NCBI GenBank assembly: GCA_039096225.1
Contig: JBBPEB010000003.1
Location: forward strand, 124,001-188,000
Length of the DNA stretch: 64,000 nucleotides
Reading direction: 5' to 3'
From: Blastocystis sp. Blastoise
Taxonomy: Eukaryota > Protista > Bigyra: Opalinata
Part shown: in pieces, positions 18,694-34,361 of the stretch
Layout of the letters: every line of letters begins with the position of its first letter
How positions within the stretch are numbered: the stretch's first letter is position 1
The notes under the pieces: model-generated
Seen by the model: the letters and a program-made list of their open reading frames with translations, nothing else
The model's database searches: none
What the model was told of the DNA's origin: nothing
Made by a program: the position numbers and the translations under genes

Positions 18694-19542
18694 TGTTTTT
18701 TTTTTAATTCTTAATTAAATAAAAGTAAATAAATTATAAAGTATTTTGTAATAAAATAAAATGGTAAAGAAATACAAGGAGTCAGTCAAAAAGCTTTTTG
18801 TTGTGTTCAATAAAAATGAGACACTCTTCATCATCACTTTAGTCATTGGTTACCTTAAAAAATCAACCAATCAAATCCAAATTTGTTGTTAAACAACATC
18901 AATTATGGTTAGATACTATTAATGTGTTTTTGGAACAAAAGAAATAGAAAATATCTAAAAATTGGCTAATAGCTGATTAATAATATTTATTGATCTCGAC
19001 ACAATTTCTGGGAGATTTTAGGAAACATTAAAGTACAGTTCGGAATCTCGTTAACAATAAATTGAAACAAATTTTGAAGAATGTGGTTTTTTATTGGCTT
19101 ATTTTAAGAGAATAATTGATAAGAATAAGCAGGCATATATTAGTATAACTATAGGGTCTTTTCTTTATGATAGAGACAGGGTAGTTTTGGAAAGGCTTAT
19201 TTTGAAACGAAATACTCAAAAAATATGATATACTTGAACATAACAAGTGAATTAATATATATTAAACTACGAAATAGTGATAATACGTGAAATATCTATC
19301 AAATATTAATAACATAATTATGTAAAATAAAGCAAAAAGAGAAAAGTTATACATAAATCAAAGAACTAATATATAAGTAAGAAAAAGCGTACAGATAATT
19401 GTGAAAAATATAATAATATTATTCTTTCAAAAGAGATTGATACAATAAATAGATCAAAAGGATAATAAATAATGAAGTAAGAAAAATATAAATAAAAATG
19501 AATATAATATAATTAAAATTAAAAAAATTCTTTTAAACTTAT

Positions 19543-19715
19543 TTACATAGATTTATAGAATGGGCTCATAGCAGTAGGAGAAGGAAGAGAAGAAGATTCT
19601 TGAGTAGTGATTACATGAGAAGGTTCATCTATGGAGGTTGATATAGAATGTTCTATAGAAGAATGTCTAGAAGAAGATGTAGATGATATAGGGATATTAT
19701 TATTATTATCTGAGA

Positions 19716-19759
<44 letters not shown>

Positions 19760-22233
19760 GAGATATTATCAACATTATTATTCTTATTATCAGAAATAAA
19801 AGAAGATGCAGTATCTTCTGTATTCTTAATGTCTTGTACTAATGTATGTTCATTCATAGTTCCATTAGTTGCACTTATAGCAGCCCTTGTTAGAGGAGTA
19901 ATAGCATCCGGAGCTATACTCTCTTTTTCTTTCTCCAATATATCTTTACTACTATTATTATTATTATTACTTGTAGGAGATATTTTCATTTCTTTAGACT
20001 CTTCAACTTGAATAATAATATCTCCTTTAGCATCATATTCATGCTCTTTCTTCTCTAATGATTTCTCTTGCTCCATTATTGTTACAATACCATCTTCAAT
20101 CACACTACTAATTACAGTATCTTTAGATTCATTAGTATTAGTATTATTATTAGTATTAGTATTATTTGTATCTTCAGAACCTGTTGGATTTAAATAGATT
20201 TTAAATTTATTATATACATAGAAATATCCAATTCCCCAAAATAAAACCTATAGAAAGAATATATATATAAGATATTTACTATTTTATTAATTAGATTCAT
20301 TGGCTATTTGAATATGTATATAAAGTAATAAAATAATATTATTATTAAAAAGTATATTTATAATAAAATAATATTGTTATAAAAAAATATATTTTTAATA
20401 AATAATATTTTTATTCTTAAAAAAATATATTTTTAATAAAATAATATTCTTAAAAAATATATTTATAATAAAATAATATTGTTATAAAAAAATATATAAT
20501 AATAAAATAATATTATTACTCAACAAGCTATATATAATAGATATCATACAACAAGAAGAAGAAAACTGAGTACGATTCCAAGAGAGATTCGATACCAGTA
20601 ATAAATAAGGTTGGGGTCTTGTTCATTGCCTACTAATCGATCTAATAATGCTCCTACAATAGAAGGAGAAGGGACATCTCCAAAAATATGTATAAGAATC
20701 ATTCCTATACCCATAGCCATCGGACGTAGTTGAGTAGATACACTTGTTAATAAGGCTAAGGTATAGGAAGCATTAGAAGCAAATAGAAAGACACAAGTAA
20801 AGAAGAAGCAGGTGAGGAATAACCAAGGAATTGAAGTACAGAGGAAACAAAAGAAACCAACAACACAAGAAAGAGCTCCTGAACTATAAATATATAGAGA
20901 TATATAGAATTATATTATTCTATCTATTATGACTATGATTATATTTATTATGATTAATATTAATATTTATTATAAATAAAATGAATAACTATATATATAC
21001 ACAACAAGATGTTTAAAAATAGTAATAATCTTTGTTTTTCCCTTGGCATCCATTTTATCAAGAATTAATCCACCCAAATAAGTACCTATATATATTATTA
21101 TTATTATTATATTTATTATTAAAGTGTATAATATATACATAATAAAAACATTATATATATGTATAATTTAAAAAATAATAATAATAATAACAAAAATAAT
21201 ACCAAAATAATAAAAAATAAAAAATAACCAAAAATAATAACCAAAAATAATAAACAACAAAAAATAACCAAAAATAATAAACAACAAAAAATAGCCAAAA
21301 ATAAACAAATAATGATAATAAAAATACTATACCTAAGAATCCTGCTACTGCGCCAAGGACTCCAAAACAGAGACTGGCTGTAGCTTCATTATCAAATATT
21401 TGTAATCCAAGTAGAAATTTATTAATAAAAGAACTAAAAGCACTAGAAACAAACATTAAAGCGGCATCTCCTAATATAACCATATCATAAGTAAGTGATT
21501 TTATAAGAGCAAATAATGCTTTTATATAAGATAATCGTGGTAATTTCTCTAGTTCTTTTTCTTCTTCAGTATAAATACGAGTTTTCTTTGTTACATCTAA
21601 TGGATAAAATAAGAATATAATAATACAAGGTAAAGCTAATGGTGTTGATATTAAAAATAAAAATCTCCAACCCATATATTGTGAAATAACACCAGATAAT
21701 GCATATCCTAAAGCAGAACCTACAGGAATAGCACAATATAAATAGGCTAACCAACTACCCACTCGATCTTGTGGACCATAATCATCTATATATGCAGGGA
21801 CAATAATTTGAAAAGCAGCTTCTCCAACACCACTTAATGTTCTTGCTATTAACATTACAATATAATTTGGTGCTAAGCCAGTCATCAATACAGCAACTAT
21901 CCATACAATAAGTCCAATAGATATTGTTATAAACGGTTTTGTAGGATCTGAAGTATAACCAAATACAGCACTTGCCACAGAATAACCACATATAAATGCA
22001 CTTTGAAGAAGACCATAATAGAATTGCTTATTATCAGGAAACTCTTCTCCAACAAAGTCTTGAATTAGACTAACACAGCCAGGTATCAAAGATCGTTCAT
22101 AATAATTAATTATATTGATAAAAACAAACAATCCAAGAAGTGCTGAAGGATTTATCTTTTGGGATAACCAATTACTAAAACGAATGGTACACTTCTCTTT
22201 TGACTTTACAGTTTCTGTTTTTGGATCTTCCAT
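19543..22233 (-). CDS. Spinster-family MFS transporter
   Basis: INIINYYERSLIPG, GLLQSAF, ARTLSGVGEAAF, AIPVGSALGY and later HIFGDVPSPSIVG are Spinster signatures. Four exons with a low-complexity tail. Confidence 0.9.
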
Positions 22234-22665
22234 CTCCTATAGAATATTAGGATGAATTATATTTATAAACTTACAAATATGCATTAAATCAATAGAAAGT
22301 AAAGACAAAAATGATACTTTCATTAATTCATGAAAAAGAATTCTGAATCATTTTCAATATCATATCAAATTACATTCACGCTTATTTACAGAATTATATA
22401 GGAAATAAAGATGATATTCTTGATTATTTCTAAACCAATTCAAAACTTGAAAGTCTTCTCTCTGAAATAATCCTCTTTTATTTCCTTTCTATTGGTTAAT
22501 AGAGAAACGAAAAACTCGTGCATCCTATGAATAAGCATACTTTGTCTTCCCTCTTCTGAGATACTTTTATTATAATATGATTATCATATAATAATAGAAG
22601 ATGATTCACATTAAATAATATAATTTGTTAAATAAGAATACACTATTTTTGTTTATGCCTTAATA

Positions 22666-24828
22666 ATGGATCAACAAATAAATGAAATGCTTTTTCAAGT
22701 CTCTTTATCATCGTATTTATTGATTTATGTATTTGTCTAGGATCACTAGAAAGTTAAAGGAGTATAATGAGAAAATCAATTTGATGAAACGAAAACATTC
22801 TATTGAAAATGAACATAATTCTGAATTAATTAATAAGCAAACAAAAGAAATTTCAGAGTTAAATGATAGGTATATATGTGTATATAAGTTTTAATTGTGA
22901 TACTGTATAGAATTATGGAAGTTGAAAGTGAATTGATGGAAGAAAGACAAAAGAATCGAATTCATCAAGAAAAATATGAGAATGATCAGAAGGAGATCCA
23001 GTTAGAGAATGGTATTTTTTTATTTAAAATAATTGACTCTATTTATGTTTTTCATTATTATTCTAGTCAAATTATTAAGAGAAAATGAAGTACTTCATTC
23101 TTTGATTATTGAAAATCAACATGAAATCGGTAGGTGTTATTTATCTATTATTTATTTATTCATTATTTTTTATTTATTATTATTTATTATTTATTATTAT
23201 TTATTTATTATTTTTTTATCTATTATTTATTTATTTATTATTTGTCTATTATTTATTTATAAATTATTTTTTATTTATTTATTTTTATTTATAAATTATA
23301 TATATATATATATATTTATTAGACAAGTTAAAGAAAGAGAATTCCAAGTTACAAATAGAATATCAAGGAATATCTTCTGAAAAGACTATAAATACAAATA
23401 TACAAATAGTAGGAGATTCAAATAGTTTATCGAAGGTATATAAAGATAAATAGAATAAGAATTATATATAGTTATTTATATCTGTTGATGAAAAAATAAA
23501 TCTTTTAAAGGAAGAATATCATAAGATTCTCTCTAAAGTGAATGAAAAGGTGAATTATTTTTAGAAATTTATTATTATATTATTTTTTATTATAACTATT
23601 ATATTATTATGTTCATTATATAATTATATAATTATTATCTTATAGTGTGAAGATATTGAATACAAAGATATACAGATTTCAAAAGCATATGAATATTGTC
23701 AGAATTTAAATAAATGTATATATATATATATATATATATCTTCTTTATTCCTATATGATAGTATTATGTATGTCGATCTTTAAGAATGCTCACTATAAGA
23801 AGGACGAAAGAGATCATGCCATCCTGATGAATACACTACAAACTACACTAGAAGACATGAAGAAACAGAATGAAATATGTATGATTTTATTATTAATAGT
23901 ATATAATATACTTTAATATATATAGTACAACAAGATAATGATGCTTTAAAACAAGAACTAGATCATAATACATCTCGAATTCATGGTATATATATTATTA
24001 TATATAACAATATATTTTATATTTGTAATTATGAATCTATTATTATTCTAATGATTCTTATTTTTCTTTAATTATACTAGTTGTAAACGTGAATATATAT
24101 ATAGAAATCGAATTAATTCATACAAAATCATTAGAATTAATTCTATCTCAGCAAACTATCATTAATAAATATGAGCTTCATTTTAATAACAATGTATATT
24201 CAAATATTATCAATTATTGTCATTATTTATATTATATATATAGATTATAGATACAGAGAGTAAAGAAAATTCTCAATTTAAAACACATAATCACTCTCAA
24301 GAAGAAGATAATAATGGAATATATGTATAAAAATATATAAATCATTATACTATATATATAGGAATATTTACATAAACAAGAACTATATTATCAGGTAAAT
24401 ATATACATATAAAAAATTACATATAATTGTGATATTCTAGGATATGTATAATGAAATGAAACAAAAGTTGATTCAAATACAAAGCTATTATTCAAATATA
24501 GTTTCTATTTATGTATATATATAGACTATAATGAATTCATACTAAATTTCTTTTCATAGAAAAATCATTTAGATATATATCATGAAGAATTCGAGCATTT
24601 ATTAAAATCAGATTTAAATGAAACACATGAAAGTTTGAAGAAAATCATAAACACAGCGAATGTATATAAAGATTTTTTTTTATATACTCTTTTTAAATAT
24701 AGAATTTATACGATAAATTTAAAGAAAATCAAGGAACACAATTGTTATTCAATAAACTCGACAAAAATCAAAATAATAATAATGTATTATGTACCGATCT
24801 AATTGTTTATAATCCACAATGTCACTAA
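22666..24828 (+). CDS. Hypothetical coiled-coil protein, many small exons
   Basis: A chain of short E/K/Q-rich exons bounded by GT-AG (first intron 28 nt). No recognisable domain, and the 3' end is uncertain. Confidence 0.55.
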
Positions 24829-25238
24829 ATAAGATATTTTTGTTTTTTATAATACTAAACTATATGCGATATTCATGAAGAACCATTTATTCTTAATAAT
24901 AGCAAACAAACTGATCTTCATTATCCACTATTTTCACACACTCCTTATACTTTTAATCACAAATCTTATTTCTTAGCACTTCAATCAATATATTATATCT
25001 ATTTATATTTTGTCATAGAGATTCTTCAAATAATTGGAAGAGAGCATTTCAATCAACTGTATCTCCTTCAAAATTTATTAAACATTTATTACATCAATCA
25101 TTTCTATGAACTCTTGAATAAACAATTTATATGAAAACAATAAATAATCTACAAATAATAGAATAAGAGCAAATTTTTTAAAACACGATTTCTTACAGAA
25201 AAGTATCATGAACTTTCGATTGTGTTATTTGATTGATT

Positions 25239-25885
25239 ATGAATTTTTTCAAAAGAAATAAGACTCCACGAAGATCCTCTGTATTTTTTTATAATTTAAA
25301 ATATATATATTTATGAATAGTTGTCTCCAATATCTACAGGATCTGATCAATCGTGTCAAGAATCACCCCCAGTATTATCTTTAGGACCTAGTATTAGTAC
25401 AAATGCATACATTAGAAATGAACTACCAGAAAAGCTCTCTGAAGAAAGGTAGTTTTTATAAATTAGTTTTTTTTTATCTAATTTTTATTTATCTAGTATT
25501 GATAGAATATATAAAGAGGTTATCACAAGTAATGAGGGGTGGATTGTTCAGTCTCAATCTGAATGTGCACTTGATTTAAAGAATGTTATTCATGGAGAAC
25601 GAAATATTTTTAATCTTCATGGAAAAATATTACCTAAAGATATCAAGTAATTAACTAATCATCTATAATAATTTTAAAGATAAAGATGAAGATAGCAGTC
25701 ATATTATTCCGTCAACATTAGCATCTCTCAATTCATTATTAAATGAACTTGAAAACTTTAATAAAGAAATAGAATCCTCATTTAGTATGTTTAAAATATA
25801 TAGAAATATAGTCTATTATAATATTATATATATATTTTTTATATTTATATATTATAGTATAATATTATATTTATATATTATAGTA

Positions 25886-25950
<65 letters not shown>

Positions 25951-28550
25951 CTAATCAAGAAATGATGAATCAAATATTATCTCAAGAACCAAGTCCTGTA
26001 TATAAAATAGTTCCTTCAAAATTAAACACAGAAACACAATTGATGACACCTTCTGCTGTGAGCCAATCAGATCTGTTCGAACTAGATCCTTCTTTAGAAA
26101 AAGAGTTTTCGACGATGATGACTGATTTTTGTTTATCTCCTGATTTCAAAGAAGAATATTATAATACTGTATTAAATATGAAGAATAATTCCGAAAAGAA
26201 AAAGGAATTAGAACAAATATCTATTGATGATGAATATTATATTGAAAGTATTTCTATTATTATTATTAATTGTTTATAAGGATATATCTATTATGAAGAT
26301 TATGGTTATATATATATAAATATATAATAAGAATGTTTTCTATAGATATTTCGGATACTTATTCTTCGTTCTTATCTTATTTGAAGCAGAAGGAGAATAG
26401 TATATTATTATATAAAATAAAAGCATTTATCAACAGAATCGGAGACATCGATCCATATAATGAAGAAAAGTATATTATTATTATTATTATTTTTGTTATA
26501 TATTTATTAATATGATTATTCTAGTTTTATTTATTATTATTATTATATTTATTATTATTCTATTTATTATTATATATATTCTATTTATTATTATATATAT
26601 TATATTTATTATTATTATTCTATTTATTATATTACATAGTCAAGTAGAAATAGCAAAGAGTATTCGTACATTTCTGGAAGAGATCATTCGATTGGATGAA
26701 GGAATGGAGGGAGGATGCCCGCCAAAATATAAAATGGATTTATTCCGATTAATTCATAATCGACTCAATGATAAAGTATATATATATATATGAATAATAA
26801 GAAATAATATATTAAATGTTTCCTTTATGTTGTTTATATTTTAATAATAATATATATATATATTTATTATTATTATTATTATTTCTTAATATGAATGATA
26901 TATATAGTTGATTACTCCCTTTTTATTAGAGAATAATGAAGAGGATGAGATTATAAAGAAGAGATGTCAAATATTATCTCAATTTCTCACTCTAAGTAAT
27001 GTAGGAAGAGATAATTCGTTAAGAGAAGAACCTTATAAAGAATATTGGATGTGTGTGGAACAACGTATATTATTATCATATTTATTATTATTATACATAA
27101 TCATAACATTATTATTATCATATTCTTATTTATTATACTTAATCATAAAATTATTATTATCATATTTATTATTTATTACACTTAAATAATACTATTATTA
27201 TTATCATATTTATTATTTATTATACTTAATCATAAAATTATTAATTTTATCATATTTATATTTATTATACTTAATCATAAAATTATTATTATCATATTAA
27301 TATTTATTATACTTAATCATAAAATTATTATTATCATATTTATTATTTATTATACTTAATCATAAAATTATTATTATTATCATATTTATATTTATTATTA
27401 AAAATACATTTATACATATATAGATTTAAAGTCAATGACACATTACACGAATCCATACGATAAGCAGATATGTTTATATAATGTATCGACTCTTATTAAT
27501 TTAATCCTTTATTCAAAATATAAGAATGATTTCGGTGCAGATCTTATTATGGATATATTATTATTTATATTATTAAATAGCCAAGTTCCTTGTTTGCTTG
27601 CACAAATACAATATACAAATACATATAGATTAAAAGAGAGTGATTCTGATGAATTATCTTATTTTATATTTAATATCATGCAAATGGGACATTTTATATG
27701 TTTATGTACAAATACATCATTTGATAATATTCCCGCGAATATATGGACTTCTTATATGGGTGAAAGAGAGAAAGTAGAACAGGAAATAAAGCGTAAAAGT
27801 AATAGTAATTCATTAAAGAAATCGTTAAATAATACAAACGATATACAATATGTAGCTAGTAAAACCGTCAAAATAAAACCAGTGAATCTAAGAAATAAAA
27901 AAGAATCACAAAAGAAAGGAAATCAGTCTACTAAAGTATCTTCCTATCATAAACCGAAAACCCCCATGACACCTCTATGCGTCGATTGGAGAGATCTATT
28001 AATACCACGATTAGATGGCAGTTATGATACTCTTCTAGAGTCACTAGTATGTGTTTTGTATTCTATATTGTTATGTTTATTATTATGTTTTTTATTATAT
28101 GTTATTATATATTGTTTTATATATTATTATATTGTTTTTTATTATTACATTTTTTTATATATTATTATATTATTTTTTATTATTACTTTTTTTTATATAT
28201 TATTATATTATTTTTTATTATTACTTTTTTTTATATATTATTATCAAAATCATTCTATATATTATTCAATTGATTATCATAATTAATATCATTACTATAA
28301 TAAACACAATCAAATCATAAATAATTTTAAATAATTCTTCTATATTATAGAATGAATGGAAACAGAAGAGAATGCGATTTTTAAATGCCGATTACGAACA
28401 ATTATCAGAACAACAAAAACAACAATTATTTATTGTATATCCATTTCTATATCTTCAATTCTACTATAAGTATTTTTATTATATATTCTATAGGAATATC
28501 AATATATATGTTTAACTGTTCAAGGATTTATTTCCTATTTTAATCAATAA
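25239..28550 (+). CDS. VPS9-domain Rab5 guanine nucleotide exchange factor
   Basis: NPYDKQICL...FGADLIMDILLFILL...LLAQIQY...DELSY matches the VPS9 core (GADxxxP-like and ExxY). Confidence 0.85.
27065..27400 (+). repeat. Intronic minisatellite (~40-nt unit)
   Basis: Repeated TATACTTAATCATAAAATTATTATTATCATATTTA units within a VPS9 intron. Confidence 0.85.
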
Positions 28551-29053
28551 CTTCCAAATAGATTTCCTTTTTATAATCCTATTATTATTCTAATTAAACT
28601 ATTCTTTTTCATTGCTTTAATTACATTCAATAGAAATAACTTTCTTTTTAACTTATTTGGGTTTTTTTTATTGTCCAAATAAATTTTTTTTGTTTATTAT
28701 TCTATTTCAATTTTAAATTATCTATCCTATATTTTATTTCTATCTGACTCATATAGACCTTAGAATCTTAATAATTCTTTAAATATCTACCATGCCAGTA
28801 ATGATTTGTCTCACAAATTGCATGCTTAATTTTATATAAATAACTATAATACTTTCTTCATCGTTATTTTCATCATTTTGAATTCTCATATATTCATTAT
28901 TTAATGAGAAAATTACTAAAATTTAAAAACATTGAATTAATAAAAAATCAAAAATAACCGAAAAACGAGTTGTTTCCCTTGATTTTTTAAATTTTTTCAT
29001 ATTAACGATTCCATTCTATTTTCTTCGCTATTTTTCATATATTACAACATATA

Positions 29054-31063
29054 ATGCCAAGTAAAATACAGAATTGTGCTAGATCTATGGGAAAGTTTTT
29101 TGGATTTCTTACTTTTTGTATAGTATGTTCATTCTTTTTTTCGTTTTGGTCTATATTATTTAGGGTATTGCACAAATCTGTTTTGTACTCTATGTTCAAC
29201 TCCAATATGTTATTCCACATTCGGAAACAAACTCATTTTTAAAAGGACTTGGAATCTGTTATATATTGATTACTGCTTCTATGGCCTTTATTTGTGATTT
29301 TAGATGTTGTTTATCAGATCCTGGATATGTTCATGTTACTGCAAATAATATTGTAATATTTTGTTTTTCAATTTTGTTTCTATTTTTATATTCTATTATA
29401 GTTAACAGAAGAAGAAATAAGTGATTTAGAATATAAGCATCATCCTGTTTGCAAGTATGTCTTTTTTAATCTAATATTTATTTATTCTTTTGAATATTCT
29501 TTTATTTCTTGCTTTATTGTTTGTTATAGATATTGTCATATTGAGAAACCTATTCGTGCACATCATTGTTCACAATGTAATCATTGTATATTGAAGATGG
29601 ACCACCATTGCCCGTATATATTATTATTATATGTTTATGTTTATTATTCTATATTTATTCTATTAATTATTAAATATTTTCAAAAATATATAATTATAAT
29701 ATAAATATATAGTTGGATTAATAATTGTGTAGGAGTAAAAAATCAGAAATATTTCTTATTATTTTTAATATATGTATTCCTTGGAGAAACATATGCATTT
29801 ATTTCTGGTTTAATCAGAATATACACTATGCTAAATACATTCAATGTATATACATTATTTTATTATTATATTATTATATTATTATACTATTATACTATTA
29901 TACTATTATATTATTATATTATTATTTTATTATTTTATTATTATATTATTATATTATTTTATTATTTTATTATTATTATATTATTTTATTATTTTATTAT
30001 TATATTATTATATTATTTTATTATTTTATTATTATATTATTATATTATTATATTATTATATTATTATTTATTTTATACATTTGATATAATTATAATCATT
30101 TGATTTTATTATTATTAAATAATATTTGTTAGTAATAAATTATTGACTATTGATTATTCCATATAGAGTCAAAGTCTGAATTTTATTCAGAAAACGGTGA
30201 GTTTACCGAAAATATCGTTTTCTCCTTTTTCTGTAGAAATGAAACAATTGCGTTATTTCTCTATATATATGGGGAATGGAAATGATTATTTCTTTACTTT
30301 AGTATTAGAAGTTATTTTCTCTATTATGTTTGCTCTTTTTAGTTTTGCTATGCTTATTGATCAAGTATATATTTATATTCATTGATATATATATATATAT
30401 ATATATATTATAAATTATATATTATTATTTTAGTGTCAAGATATTTTTTATGATGTTACTTATATTGAATATTTAAAGTCTTCAAATATCACTTCCAAAA
30501 CAGTATACATTTTGTTATTTTATTATTTTATATATTATATTATTTTATTTATTTTATATATATATTTTTTTTTTATTTTATTTATTTTATTATATTATTT
30601 TATTTATTTTATTTTATTATTTTATTTATTTTATATATTGTATTATTTTTTTTATTTTATTTATTTTATTTATTATATTTATTTTATTTATTTTATTTAT
30701 TATTTTTATTATATAATAAACAGATAAATATAATAAACATATAAACATATAAATATAATAAACATAATAATACTCAAACTCTCTCTATTTATCTATATAT
30801 AGGAGAGTTACCAGGAGAGATTAGAGAACACTATGGGTGAACCTTATTGCTATCATTGGTTTTTACCTATAGAAGGGAGATATATGAAGACTTATATAAA
30901 TAAACTAGAAGAAGAGCATCTAGTGAATACTGAGTTTAATGATGTTATTGTGGAGAATGAACAAGTATTAGAACAACGAATTCAAATAGAACAAGCCATT
31001 GCCCAATCAAATGAGCAAAAAGAAAATCAATTCTTTACGAGTGATATTAAAAAAGATAATTAA
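29054..31063 (+). CDS. DHHC palmitoyltransferase
   Basis: SDPG; spliced [44 protein letters not shown]; TYIE; WFLP. Confidence 0.95.
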
Positions 31064-32320
31064 TAACATAATTATTTAAACTCTATTTCCTTATTATCAT
31101 TATTCGTTTTTATATCATATATTTATATATATATAGAATCTCATTTTTTTCATTCTAATATACATTATTTCTCTATTTGTTTTAATGTATCACTCCTATA
31201 CTGTATTTATATTTATTTCATATTCTTTTTCTCAATGTTTTACTATATGTTTATATATATAAAGAATTGAATTGTTCATTATTTTGATATATCTCTTTAT
31301 TTTCTTATATACTATTTTTGTTTATATATATATTGTTAATGTATTTATAAAACACTATTTTTAATCCTTTAATATATATATCGATATCACTTATAATCTA
31401 CTCTATAAATATTAATAGCCTTTTTTTCTTTCACATTTATATATTGTTTTGAATATTATATCCTTTTTTAATTCTTTATTATCCTTGGTATCTGAGAGTT
31501 TTCTTGATTTGTTTTTATAGTTATTAATGTATATATAATTGTGTATATCATTCTACGCTATCTACATAGTTTGTTCTCATTCTCAAATCATAATGAAATC
31601 AATATATTCATTATAATTATATAAACATTTTTTTTATCTCTTTTTTTTATACCTGATACTGTAATTACTACTGTTCTCCATTGAGTCATTTTTATGATAT
31701 TTAATTTATTCAAAATAGTTCTCTTATAAAATAATAAAATTCTTAGCAAAAAACAGCTCGTTTGATTTGAATTACGTATATTCATCACGTATAGTAGATA
31801 TTTACTAAATGAAAAGTAAATTTTATATATAAAATATTTATGTTTAAAGCTGTTCTAATATCTTTCACATCCATAAAGTAGTCAAACTACCTTCAACATA
31901 TATGTACTCACTTTACACAATCATTAAATATCAATATATTTCATTACCATCACAAAGAATTCTGAATAACACAACATAACACAGATCAACTACACTAATC
32001 AATGTGAATGTCCAAATAAATCAATAGGAACTTTGAATCATGAGCTTTTAAATAGCAAAACAATTTAGTGATATTAGAATATCTAATAGAATAGGCATTT
32101 AATAACAAAAAGAGAAAAACATCATTCGGTTAAGAAATTTGTGGGAATTCTGGACTCTTATTATCTGTTCAGTGATCTCATTTCTCTATAGAATATAAAT
32201 TTTATTGGAAGGAAATGTACAGTAATTTAGAAAAAAATTCTGGAATAATTGGATGAATGAATTCAACAAGAAAACCAAATTATATTTGTCTCGTTTTTTT
32301 CTGGTTTATTTTATATAACA

Positions 32321-33270
32321 ATGCCTAAAAAGGAAGAAGCTGCTCCTCAAACTGTCTTATTAGGAAGACCTGGTAACAATGTCAAGATTGGTATCGTAGG
32401 TCTCCCTAATGTTGGTAAATCATCTTTTTTCAATGATCTCTCTAAGCTTAATGTATATATATAATTATTTTCATTTTTTTTATCAAATTAATGCTCTTTT
32501 AAGAATATATCTATGTTAAAATTATTAAATTATATTTATTTTTGTTTTTAATGTCTTTACAAAAATATTTTAATGTTTTTACAAATATATTTTATTCTTT
32601 TTTATATTGGTAATATTTTTTTTTCATTATTTTTTTTATTGATATATATAATTAATGAATAAATTCTATAGGTTCCTGCTGAAAATTATCCTTTCTGTAC
32701 TATTGATCCTAACCTTGCTCGTGTTCCTGTTCCTGATAAACGTTTTGATGCTCTTGTTGCTGCTTATAAACCTAAGAGTATTGTTCCTGCCGTCTTAACT
32801 ATTACCGATATTGCTGGTTTAGTTCGTGGTGCTGCTGAAGGCTTAGGTTTAGGTATTTATAGAGTGTTATTTTTATTTTATTTTATTTAGTTTTATTTTT
32901 ATTTTTTTAAATTAAATTATATATATATATATTATTATATATATATATATATAGGTAATGCTTTCCTTTCTCATATTCGTGCTTGTGATGCTATTTATGA
33001 AGTTGTTCGTTGTTTTGAAGATTCTGAAGTTACTCACGTTGAAGGTAGTATTGATCCTGCTAGAGATATAGATATTATCCGTGAAGAACTTTTAAAGAAA
33101 GATTTAGAAGCTATGGAGAAAGCTCTTGATGGTATGGAGAAGATGGTATCTCGTGGTGTTGGTGGTAAGGAAAAGAAACTTGAATATGATGCCTTTATTA
33201 AGATCCAAGACTGGCTTAAAGAAGATAAAGAAATTCGTGCTGGAAAATGGACTACTTATGAAGTATGTTA

Positions 33271-33318
<48 letters not shown>

Positions 33319-34094
33319 TATCGATTTTATATTCATATAATATTCATATAACATTAAATAATAATTATTATATATATATATATAGATTGAGAAATTAAAT
33401 GAATTACAATTATTAACTGCTAAACCAGTTATTTATTTATGTAATATGAGTTTAAAGGCTTATCTTGCCAAGAGATGCAAGTGGTTAGAACCTGTTCGTG
33501 CTAAGGTTGAAGCTCTTGGTTTAGGTGAACAAATTATTCCTTTTTCTGTTGCTTTTGAAAATAAGCTCTTAAGTATGACTCCTGAAGAAGCTAAAGCTTT
33601 CTGTGAAGAACATAAAGTAAAGTCTGTTTTACCTAAGATTATTGTACAAGGTTATCATACACTTAATCTTATTCACTTCTTTACTGCTGGTGCTGATGAA
33701 GTCAAATCATGGACCATTAAGGTATTTAATCAATTCATTTATTTTAATTTTTTCCTTTTTTTTTTTTTCTTTTTTTCTTTTTTTTTTTAATTTTACTATT
33801 TATTTATTTAATAACCTTTTGATTATTATAAAATACAGTATGAATAATAATAATAATATATATATATAGAAGGGTACTCTTGCTCCTCAAGCTGCTGGTG
33901 TTATTCACACTGATTTCGAAAAAGGTTTTATTTGTGCTGAAGTTCATAAATTTGAAGATTTTGAAATTTATAAGAGTGAAGCCGGTTGTAGAGCTGCTGG
34001 TAAATTATTACAAGAAGGACGTAAATATGAAGTATTAGATGGTGATATTATATTCTTTAAATTTAATGCTCCTAATGAAGGCAAAAAGAAGTAA
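32321..34094 (+). CDS. OLA1: Obg-like ATPase 1 (YchF family)
   Basis: [67 protein letters not shown]. Five exons. Confidence 0.97.
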
Positions 34095-34361
34095 ACTTCA
34101 TTTAATGAAATGTACATTTATTATTTGTATCTCTTTTCATTCTTTGTTTAATATTTCATTACAATTATATGATGATCCATTATAAATCGTGTAATCTTGC
34201 TGTATCTTAATTTCTATTAGCTTTTTTCTTTACTTTTTTTTTTTGTTAAAGAAATATAAATATTAAAATATTTATGAAAATAACAACTAACAAATATACA
34301 TATTTTCATCTTTTAAAGACAAATTATTATTATTATTTTTTTACATCTGTTAATTGTATAC

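Noticed and set aside
24834-24860. Possible sixth AT-AC intron (ATATTTTT...CTAAAC)
   Set aside because: The donor is poor, and the upstream frame already terminates at TAA 24826-24828.
27065-27400. CRISPR-like repeat array
   Set aside because: These are tandem AT-rich units without unique spacers, inside a eukaryotic intron.
29725-30103. Poly-Ile/Tyr/Leu hydrophobic ORFs here and at many ORF ends
   Set aside because: These are translations of intronic (TAT)n/(TA)n repeats, not membrane proteins.
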